Part shown: positions 55,420-63,261 of the stretch, piece by piece
How positions within the stretch are numbered: the stretch's first letter is position 1
How the letters are laid out: every line of letters begins with the position of its first letter
NCBI GenBank assembly: GCA_018815925.1
Contig: JAHIWS010000019.1
Location: forward strand, 252 to 64,251
From: Nanobdellota archaeon
Lineage (GTDB): Archaea; Nanobdellota; Nanobdellia; Pacearchaeales; GW2011-AR1
Length of the DNA: 64,000 bases
Direction: 5' to 3'
The notes under the pieces: generated by a model
What the model was told of the DNA's origin: nothing
The model's input: the letters and a program-made list of their open reading frames with translations, nothing else
Databases searched by the model: none
Program-made: the position numbers and the translations under genes

Positions 55420-56179
55420 TCAAAATTCCTTATAACTCTTATTAACTTTAACTTGTTCTTCTAAATCTTTTCCAAAATATCCCATTTCTTCTAATTTTCC
55501 CCTAGTTGCTGGAAATGGGGGAGCGATTTCCCCAGGATAAATAGTATAAAAACCGTGATTAGCTTCATCTATAGGGCCTGCAACAATAACCCTCTTGTTT
55601 GTTGGTTGTTTCTCCACCCCTTTAACCATGTTAGCTAAGTATCCATCTCTTCCCCTTGGCTCTTGTGCTATCCTAGCAGATTCAGGAAGATTTTCTAATG
55701 AAACTAGAGAATCATATCCAATTGTTCTTTCAGAATCAACACTCTTAACTAATTTAGTTCCATCATATTCTTGAATATTTTCATAAGCATAGTCAATTAA
55801 AGATTTTGCAGTTGGAAAAGCTCCTTCTATAAAATGAGATCCTGCTGTCTAGCTTCCTTGTAAATGCCTTGCTAGATGATCAACTAAGTCTTGATTGTAT
55901 TTTTTGAAGTTATAATTTTCGATTAAGATGATCATGAGAATATCCATAGGTGTTATCTAAATCAACATTAAAGTATTCTCTTGCAATGTTGCCTACAAGT
56001 TCCATTGGATACAATTTTTTATGAAATTCATGCATTATTTCAATTCTTTCTCCTTCGGTTTTTTTGTTTCCATACTCCTTTCGAACTTTTTCTGCTTCAT
56101 CCTTTAAATGCAGGTAAACTCTAGTGAGAATTTCTAGTCCTTTCTCCTTTTCTTGATTTGATAGTTCTTTATCTCTCAT
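55420..56179 (-). pseudogene. Disrupted gene of about 253 codons (one frameshift and one in-frame TAG), product unknown
   Basis: ORF 56179-55910 ends ...SHDHLNRKL*. The adjacent frame continues ...ENYNFKKYNQDLVDHLARHLQGS then TAG (55851-55849), then TAGSHFIEGAFPTAKSLIDYAYENIQEYDG...RDGYLANMVKGVEKQ... into track ORF 55629-55420. Confidence 0.55.
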
Positions 56180-56330
56180 TTTAATTTGATAATAGAAGAA
56201 ATATACCCTTTATAAGTCTTTCTATTTGTAACTACTAGAAAGTAACATAATATTAATTGAACAAGGATGAATCTAATAATTTTATTATGGTCCCAAAATC
56301 TTTATTAAACCAATTTTCTTTCATGAAATA

Positions 56331-56941
56331 ATGGAAAGATATGATGTAGTAATAATTGGCGCTGGACCCTCTGGATCAGGAAAATCCACAACATTTCACC
56401 AAATATCCTTGTTAGATAATCCAACATCAGGAAAAATAAAAATTAGTGGAAAGGATATAATTAAGTTAGATGATAATGAAAAATCAGATTTTCGCTTAAA
56501 AAAAATTGGATATATTTTTCAACACTATGAATTACTTCCAGAATTAACTGCGATAGAAAATATCTATCTTCCATTAATGGTAGAAAGAGGAAATTTAAAT
56601 GAGATTAAAGAACAGGCCGAGAAGATATTAAATGAGATGGGATTAATTAAAAGAAAGGATCATTATCTAAGTGAACTTTCTGGAGGAGAACAACAAAGAA
56701 TTTCAATTGCAAGAGCATTAGTTAAAGAGCCAGAACTAATTTTAGCTGATGAACCAACTGCTAACCTTGATTCTGTTGCAGGAAAAAAATAATGGAAACA
56801 CTTAAGGGCTTAAATAAAAAGAAAGGGATAACTGTTTTTGTGATTAATCATGAAAAGCAATTTGAAAAATATTTTGATAGGATTATTAGGTTGAAGGACG
56901 GAAAAATAATTAAAAGTAGAGAGTTCAAAAAAGAAATATGA
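56331..56941 (+). pseudogene. ABC-transporter ATPase (LolD/MacB-type), N-terminally chimeric and frameshifted
   Basis: MERYDVVIIGAGPSG (FAD/NAD Rossmann start) runs directly into SGKST (Walker A remnant). Then the Q-loop FQHY, signature LSGGEQQR and Walker B LILADEP follow. Stop at 56790 in the A7 run 56783-56789. The C-terminus (METLKGLNKKKGITVFVINHEKQ...RLKDGKII) continues in the next frame to TGA 56939-56941. Confidence 0.7.
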
Positions 56942-58632
56942 AAAAGAGAGTGATAACCATTTTAAAAAATGCCTTGAAAGAAGTAGGAATTTCCCTAACT
57001 GAAAAACAAATTCAAGAACGCATTGAATTGCCTCCAACATTAAAAATGGGAGACTATTCCTTCCCTTGCCATTTTATTGCAAATAAAATCAACAAAAAAC
57101 CAGAACAACTTGCATTAGAAATAAGTAAAAAAATTAAAGAAACTCCAAAAGGAGATATTGAAAATATTCAGGTGATTGGCCCATATATTAATTTCTTTGT
57201 TAATAGGAAAGATTTTACTAAAAATGTTCTAACAGACATAATTAAGAAAAAAGAAAAATTTGGCTCAACAAGTTTGGGACACAAACAAAAAATAATAGTT
57301 GAATTTTCTTCTCCAAATATAGCTAAACCTTTTGGAATAGGGCATTTAAGATCAACCATAATTGGAAATTCTATTGGAAACATTTGTTCCTTTCAAGGAT
57401 TTAAAATAATAAAAATGAATTATCTTGGAGATTGGGGAACCCAGTTTGGAAAAATGATTTGTGGATATAAAAATTTTGGGAAGGAAGAGAAATTAAAGAA
57501 AGATCCTATAAAGTATTTATTAAAAATTTATGTTAAAATTAATAAAAATAAAAAATATGAAGAAGAATCAAGATCTTATTTTAAGAAACTTGAAAATGGA
57601 AATAAAGAATGTTTTCTGTTATGGAAAAAGTTTAAAGAATTGAGTTTAAAAGAATTTAAAAAAATCTACGAAAAATTGGGGATAATTTTTAATGTCTATT
57701 CTGGAGAATCTATGTATAATAAAGAAATGAAAAGTGTTGTTAAAGAATTACAACAAAAAAAACTTTTAAGAAAAAGTAGGGGAGCCTTAGTAGTTGATTT
57801 AAAAAAATATAATCTTGGATTTTGTTTAATTCAAAAAACAGATGGAACTACTCTTTATGCTACAAGGGATTTAGCTTCAGCAATAACAAGGCACAAAAAA
57901 TATAACTTTTCAAAGATGATCTATGAGGTTGGTCAAGAACAAAAACTTCACTTCCAACAAATATTCAAAGTTTTAAATTTAATGGGTTACTCTTGGGCAA
58001 AAGAGTGTATTCATGCAAATCATGGTCTTTATTTAGACAAAGATGGAAAGAAATTCTCTACAAGAAAAGGAAAAACAATTTTCATGGAAGACATATTAAA
58101 CAATACAATTTCTTTTGCAAAAAAAGAGATTTCTAAAAGGGAAGAAAAAATATCTAAAAAAGAATTAGAACACAGGGCATTAAAAGTTGCTCTTGCTGCA
58201 ATATTCTATGGAGATTTAAAAAATACTAGAACACAAAACATTGTTTTTAATCCAAAAAAATTTACTTCGTTTGAAGGAGATACTGGCCCATATCTTCTTT
58301 ACAGTTACGCTAGAGCAAATTCTATTTTAAAAAAATGTAAGTGTAAAGAAAGAAAAATTCTACCGAACAAATTAGAAAAATTAGAGTTTAGCCTGATAAA
58401 AAAATTGTCCCAGTTTCCATCTTCCGCATTAGAAGCATATAATAACCTAAGTCCAGCACACATTGCTCATTATGCTTTTGAACTTGCACAAGACTTCAAT
58501 GAGTTTTATGACCAATGTCACGTAATTGATTCCAAAGAAGAATCGTTTAGATTAGAGTTAGTTAAAGCATTTATGATCGTCCTTAAAAATTCTTTAAATC
58601 TTCTAGGGCTTGAACCCCTTGAAAGAATGTAA
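56938..58632 (+). CDS. argS: Arginyl-tRNA synthetase
   Basis: 564 aa. SSPNIAKPFGIGHLRS (HIGH region), DALR-type anticodon-binding C-terminus ending in ...LERM. Confidence 0.93.
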   Translation: MKKRVITILKNALKEVGISLTEKQIQERIELPPTLKMGDYSFPCHFIANKINKKPEQLALEISKKIKETPKGDIENIQVIGPYINFFVNRKDFTKNVLTDIIKKKEKFGSTSLGHKQKIIVEFSSPNIAKPFGIGHLRSTIIGNSIGNICSFQGFKIIKMNYLGDWGTQFGKMICGYKNFGKEEKLKKDPIKYLLKIYVKINKNKKYEEESRSYFKKLENGNKECFLLWKKFKELSLKEFKKIYEKLGIIFNVYSGESMYNKEMKSVVKELQQKKLLRKSRGALVVDLKKYNLGFCLIQKTDGTTLYATRDLASAITRHKKYNFSKMIYEVGQEQKLHFQQIFKVLNLMGYSWAKECIHANHGLYLDKDGKKFSTRKGKTIFMEDILNNTISFAKKEISKREEKISKKELEHRALKVALAAIFYGDLKNTRTQNIVFNPKKFTSFEGDTGPYLLYSYARANSILKKCKCKERKILPNKLEKLEFSLIKKLSQFPSSALEAYNNLSPAHIAHYAFELAQDFNEFYDQCHVIDSKEESFRLELVKAFMIVLKNSLNLLGLEPLERM

Positions 58633-59289
58633 TTAAAAATAGATAAATTCCATATCTTTTAAAGAATCTTTATATTTGGTTGCAGAGATTATGTCCTTTG
58701 CCTTATTATCAATTTCCTTCCATTTAGAAGGCATAATTGTCATAATTTTTTTACCTGCAAATGATTTTGATCCCTTGAAATTTATTTTTCTTGCTAATCT
58801 TTTTGGATGAATAAGACCCAATCTTATGAGGAACCATGCAGCGATTAACAAGGGGGTATGGATGTAAGTTGGCCTTTTTAAAAAATCTTCCTCTACTAAA
58901 CTTACTGAATCTGTTTGAGGATTTTCTAACATCAATATTTCCTTATCTCCTTTTATTTCTTTTTCCTCTATTTCATCAAGAATCATTTCTTTTGGAATCT
59001 CAGATTTAAGTATTTTTTTTGCTATTTCTAAAAGCCCAGTTTCATAAACTATATAATCTGGAGAGACTTCACTTTTTTGAAATTCTTCTAAATATTCACT
59101 AATATCTAAATATGAATAATTTGGAGAATAATCATCAATCAGAATATTTAGTGAGAAATCTTTCTTTTTTTCTTTCAACTTTTCAGTAAATTCTTTAGCT
59201 AACTCTATGGACTTTTTTTGGGTAGAGTCAATTCTAGGAGAATCTGTAAAAATATGCCCATATTCAATATTATATTCTACCTTTTTCAT
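58633..59289 (-). CDS. uncharacterised protein, tandem paralog 1
   Basis: VEYNIEYGHIF, LIDDYSP, SPDYIVYE, LLIAAWFLIRLGL, FAGKKI align with paralog 2. The track start 59310 is TTG. ATG 59289 lies 1 nt after the upstream stop. Confidence 0.5.
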   Translation of the reverse strand: MKKVEYNIEYGHIFTDSPRIDSTQKKSIELAKEFTEKLKEKKKDFSLNILIDDYSPNYSYLDISEYLEEFQKSEVSPDYIVYETGLLEIAKKILKSEIPKEMILDEIEEKEIKGDKEILMLENPQTDSVSLVEEDFLKRPTYIHTPLLIAAWFLIRLGLIHPKRLARKINFKGSKSFAGKKIMTIMPSKWKEIDNKAKDIISATKYKDSLKDMEFIYF

Positions 59290-59290
59290 C

Positions 59291-59941
59291 TTAGTATAAT
59301 AAAGTTTCAAAATTCTTTATTTGATCCTTAAATTTACTCGACTTAATTATATCTTTATTGGCTTCTTCAACAGGAGCATATTTTCTATCCAAAACATTGA
59401 TTATCTTTTTGCCTGCAAATGGTTTGGGTTCTGTTAATCCAGTTAACTCTACAGCATTTTTAGATTGTACAAGACCCATTCTTAACAAGGCCCATGCAGT
59501 ACTCAAAACAGCGCAAGTGTATCTGCTCAGATGAACCATTTTTCCTTGCGTTTTTAGTTTAATTTTTTTATTATTAATCTTCAAGTAAGAATTTCCTTCT
59601 TTTACCTTAATTGTTGGATGAAATTTTGGAGTTTTCGTAAAATCCTTTGGGATTGATTTAATAAGCAACTTTGCTGCTGAAATCATTCTTGATTCATATC
59701 CTACATAAGTGGGGGAAGCGCCAAGCTTTGCAAGTTTATCCATGTAAGAATGAAAATTTAGTTTATGATATTCTGGATGATACTCATCTATTAAGAAAGT
59801 TAATACATAGGTCTTCCCTTGTTTTTCAAGTTTCTTCACCAACTTCTTAACCACTTCTATTGATCTTAGTTGTTCATCAGAAAGACCTTCTTCATCAGAA
59901 TAAACATGAGCATATTCAATGTTATAATCAACTCTTTTCAT
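59291..59941 (-). CDS. uncharacterised protein, tandem paralog 2
   Basis: 216 aa. VDYNIEYAHVY, LIDEYHP, SPTYVGYE, CAVLSTAWALLRMGL, FAGKKI. Confidence 0.5.
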   Translation of the reverse strand: MKRVDYNIEYAHVYSDEEGLSDEQLRSIEVVKKLVKKLEKQGKTYVLTFLIDEYHPEYHKLNFHSYMDKLAKLGASPTYVGYESRMISAAKLLIKSIPKDFTKTPKFHPTIKVKEGNSYLKINNKKIKLKTQGKMVHLSRYTCAVLSTAWALLRMGLVQSKNAVELTGLTEPKPFAGKKIINVLDRKYAPVEEANKDIIKSSKFKDQIKNFETLLY

Positions 59942-60033
59942 ATTTCAACTAATTAAATATCATATATAAATCTGACTAAAAAATTAGGTGGTTATTTATT
60001 TCTATAATTTCTTTTCTGGATTAATATCTAATC

Positions 60034-60050
60034 TGGGGTAGATTATTTAC
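60034..60050 (+). repeat. Recurrent motif copy b (GGGGTAGATTATTTACT)
   Basis: Matches the reverse complement of 63153-63169 at 16/17 positions and shares 14 contiguous nt (60035-60048) with 48840-48854. Lies about 20 nt from the lig stop and about 93 nt upstream of the 59941 start. Confidence 0.5.
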
Positions 60051-60071
60051 TCAGCATTTCTAGTGGAATTT

Positions 60072-61790
60072 TTAACCATATTTCCAGTTTCGTTTTTGGT
60101 TTAAAAAATCTTTTTCAATTTCTTTTAATCTGGAAACTTGGCTTGATTTTTTATCTGGTCTTAATGCAACAAATCTCGGAAATCTTAGTGCCCAGCCAGA
60201 ATTATAGTTTGGAGATTTTTGAATTTCTTGATATGTAACAGAGATAACAATTTTTGGTTTTATTGTTACTGATTTTCCTTTTTCTTTTTCAATTAATGGT
60301 TTGAGCATTTCTGTTAATTCTTGAAATGAAGTTCCTCCAACTTCTTCTTTGGATTTTTCTTTTATTCCTGTGCCCATTTTTCCAATTTCTAAAAATTTAC
60401 CTGTTTTTCCATCTTTGCATGAAAGTATGAAACTTGACATCCAACCAGATCTTTTTCCTGCTCCATATTCTGCTCCTGTTATGACTAAATCAAGATCTCT
60501 TTCTTCTGGTTTAATCTTAAGCATATGTCCTACTCTTCTTCCAGGATCATATTCTGCTTTAAGATTTTTCATCATTATTCCTTCTTGATTATCTTCAAGA
60601 GCTTTTTTATAAAATTTTTCAGTTGTTTTTTCATCTCCAGTTATTATTTGTTTAGCGTAAATTATTTTATATGGATGATTTTTAATTATTTTTTTAATTA
60701 TTTTTGTACGTTTTTCAAAAGGTTCATTAAGTAGGGATTTTCCATTATAATAAAGAATATCAAAAACATTTATTTCAATTGGAAGTTCTTTTTGAAGTTT
60801 TTCAATATGATATTTTCTTCTTATTCTTTGTGAAATTGCTTGAAAGTCTGTATATTCTTTTGTTTTTTTATTAAATCCTACTGCTTCTGAATCAAGAATA
60901 AATGAGTTTCCTTTAACATAATCTAGAATATAATTAACAACTTCTGGAAATTGTTTTGTTATATTTTCTAGACTTCTTGTAAATAATGTTACTTTTTCCC
61001 TTTGTTTATGAATTATTAATCTAAATCCATCATATTTATATTCAATAGCACATGGAGAACCTAATTTTTTAAAACCTTCTTTAAAGTTAGCTACTTTTTG
61101 AGCTAACATTGCTTTTATTGGTTTGCCTACTTCAAGATGTAATTTTTCAAGTTCCTTTATGTTGCCTTTTCTGACCATTTCAAAAACAATTGCCAAATCA
61201 TTTGTTCTATCTATTGCTTTTTGAATTTTTGGAGCAGATTCTTTTTTATCTTTAAAAAAAGCTTTTGCCATAGAATCTCTTACTGTTGCTTCTTTAAGAC
61301 CAATTCTTAAGTCTCCAATTAAAGTTCTTACTAAAAATAAAGCTTCTGTAGGTGAAGCTGATGTTAATAATTCTGTTATTAACGCAACTTTTTTTCCTAC
61401 TGTTCCTTTTCCTTCAAGCTCAGGAAGTTTTCTTAAATTTTCAAGGACTTTTTCTGTTGTTAAAATATGATACCCAAGTGTTGATTGTTTTTTTTCTTGT
61501 ATTGCTTTTTCAGTAACTTTTCCAATATCCCCTATTTTTTTCCAATCTTTTATTAATTGTTCTTTTGTTGTTCCTGTTGCTGTTGAAACAGCTTTTATTG
61601 CTAATTGGTTACTGATCCCAATTTTTCTTTCATCATATTCTGGATAAATGTCTCCAAGTAATAAATAAAGAACATCTTTATCATCTTTTGAAAGAAATTC
61701 TAAAAATTTAGAGAGTATTTCTATTTTTTTTAGTCTTTTTGTTGTAGAAGATAATTCTTTATATAATTGTGCTAATTTAAGGTACCTCAT
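60072..61790 (-). CDS. lig: ATP-dependent DNA ligase
   Basis: 572 aa. Adenylation motif EYKYDG, DSEAV (III), EGIMMK (IV), LKIK (V), C-terminal OB domain. Confidence 0.93.
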   Translation of the reverse strand: MRYLKLAQLYKELSSTTKRLKKIEILSKFLEFLSKDDKDVLYLLLGDIYPEYDERKIGISNQLAIKAVSTATGTTKEQLIKDWKKIGDIGKVTEKAIQEKKQSTLGYHILTTEKVLENLRKLPELEGKGTVGKKVALITELLTSASPTEALFLVRTLIGDLRIGLKEATVRDSMAKAFFKDKKESAPKIQKAIDRTNDLAIVFEMVRKGNIKELEKLHLEVGKPIKAMLAQKVANFKEGFKKLGSPCAIEYKYDGFRLIIHKQREKVTLFTRSLENITKQFPEVVNYILDYVKGNSFILDSEAVGFNKKTKEYTDFQAISQRIRRKYHIEKLQKELPIEINVFDILYYNGKSLLNEPFEKRTKIIKKIIKNHPYKIIYAKQIITGDEKTTEKFYKKALEDNQEGIMMKNLKAEYDPGRRVGHMLKIKPEERDLDLVITGAEYGAGKRSGWMSSFILSCKDGKTGKFLEIGKMGTGIKEKSKEEVGGTSFQELTEMLKPLIEKEKGKSVTIKPKIVISVTYQEIQKSPNYNSGWALRFPRFVALRPDKKSSQVSRLKEIEKDFLNQKRNWKYG

Positions 61791-61850
61791 TTTAATTACC
61801 TAATAGTTTTAAGGAAATCTAGTTTTTAAGTTTTATTTAGAATGTTAGGA

Positions 61851-62216
61851 TTAATTTGATTTCCAAAGACCATGCAAATTACAATATTCTCTTGCAGAAA
61901 CTGGTTGAAATGGAAATTCTGTTTCTGGAGCTTGCCCTGGTTGTAGAAATACTTTGCAAATTGTTCCTGTTTTTGATGTTACTTCAATCCACTCAATATA
62001 ATGTTCTTGTTCCATTGGGTGTGCAACACTTCCAATTTTAACCTTTTTTGCTTCAATTACTGGAACATGTTTTTCTGTTGCGGCATCAATTGTATTTTCT
62101 TCAAAGAGTTTCATTGGTTGACCACAACAAACAAGTTCTCCTTCTCCTTCATGTAAAACTTCAACAATGTTTCCACATATTTCACATTTATAAATTTGGT
62201 TTTTTTTAGTTGTCAT
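61851..62216 (-). CDS. dfx: Desulfoferrodoxin (2Fe superoxide reductase)
   Basis: 121 aa. N-terminal desulforedoxin CEICGN...CCGQPM, and SOR-domain ligands EKHVPVIE, H...EH.IEWIE, CNLHGLW. Confidence 0.9.
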   Translation of the reverse strand: MTTKKNQIYKCEICGNIVEVLHEGEGELVCCGQPMKLFEENTIDAATEKHVPVIEAKKVKIGSVAHPMEQEHYIEWIEVTSKTGTICKVFLQPGQAPETEFPFQPVSAREYCNLHGLWKSN

Positions 62217-62514
62217 TTTTTATTGAATTTTTTATATTAATAATCATATTTGATCCTAACAAAAATTCTAAATCTTTTTTTGGAAGGTTTAATATTTCTG
62301 TTGATTTAAGATAATTTTCATTTAATATTCTTATTATTTTCTTTTTTTTTGTGTATTTTTGGGCTAAGGCTACAATTGTTTCTGGCTCATTATTAGGGAA
62401 ATGAGCTAACATTCCAAATTCATTTTTTCCATTAAGAAGTAATAAATATGCCTTATATTCTCCTTCCACTGCTTTTAAGCTATATGTTTTCTTTTTTATT
62501 GTTTTTAATTTCAT
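62206..62514 (-). CDS. hypothetical protein between rbr and dfx
   Basis: 102-aa ATG ORF. Abuts the rbr stop and overlaps the dfx start by 11 nt. Confidence 0.45.
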   Translation of the reverse strand: MKLKTIKKKTYSLKAVEGEYKAYLLLLNGKNEFGMLAHFPNNEPETIVALAQKYTKKKKIIRILNENYLKSTEILNLPKKDLEFLLGSNMIINIKNSIKNDN

Positions 62515-63084
62515 TTAATATTCTTCACACTTAAACTCATAATAGGCTTGAGGATGATCACAAGAAGGACATTTTTTTGGAGCTTGTTCTCCATAAAAAG
62601 CATAACCACACTCCCTACAAATCCACCATACTTTTTCATTTTTTTTAAATAGTGTTCCTGCTTTAAGTTGTTCTAATAATTTTTGATATCTTTCTTTATG
62701 ATGTTCTTCTGCTTTTGCAATGCTCCTCATTCTCGATGCAATTTTTAGATATCCTTCTTTTTCAGCTATGTCGGCAAATTCAGGATACATTTTTGTGTGT
62801 TCATAGTTTTCTCCATTAATAGCTGCTTGTAAATTTTCTTCTGTTTTTCCATAAATAGTTGGAGCAATAGCATCTACTTCAATTTCTTCTTTATCTTTTT
62901 TTAATTCTTGAATATGTTCAAATAATCTTTTGGCATGAACTTTTTCTTGGTTTGCTGTTACAAGAAAAATTTCTGCTATTTGTTCATAACCTTCTTTTTG
63001 AGCAATCTTTGCATAATATGTATATCTGTTACGAGCTTGTGATTCACCTATGAATGCTTTACATAAATTTTTTAGAGTTTCCAT
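62515..63084 (-). CDS. rbr: Rubrerythrin
   Basis: 189 aa. Ferritin-like diiron helices with ExxH (EKVH, EEHH) and a C-terminal rubredoxin CRECG...CPSC. Confidence 0.92.
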   Translation of the reverse strand: METLKNLCKAFIGESQARNRYTYYAKIAQKEGYEQIAEIFLVTANQEKVHAKRLFEHIQELKKDKEEIEVDAIAPTIYGKTEENLQAAINGENYEHTKMYPEFADIAEKEGYLKIASRMRSIAKAEEHHKERYQKLLEQLKAGTLFKKNEKVWWICRECGYAFYGEQAPKKCPSCDHPQAYYEFKCEEY

Positions 63085-63152
63085 TTGAAGATAAGAGATA
63101 TGCTGTTTAAATAAATTTTGGTGGAACTGATTTTATATAGGGATTATTTTAT

Positions 63153-63170
63153 AGTAAACAATCTACCCCC
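63153..63170 (+). repeat. Recurrent motif copy c (AGTAAACAATCTACCCCC, inverted relative to a and b); possible IS terminus
   Basis: Its reverse complement GGGGGTAGATTGTTTACT matches copy b at 16/17 positions over the 17 shared nt. Lies about 90 nt beyond the transposase stop. Confidence 0.45.
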
Positions 63171-63261
63171 TAATAGTCATATGTGAACTAATAAAGGAGA
63201 ACCTAGAAAGGAATAATTACCTAGTTGTTTATAGTGTGCAATCCATAGACATATGTCACCC

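Noticed and set aside
55849-55851. In-frame TAG as a pyrrolysine codon.
   Set aside because: The same gene also carries a frameshift and sits among other broken genes. No pyl genes or methylamine methyltransferase context are present. The gene is interpreted as a pseudogene.
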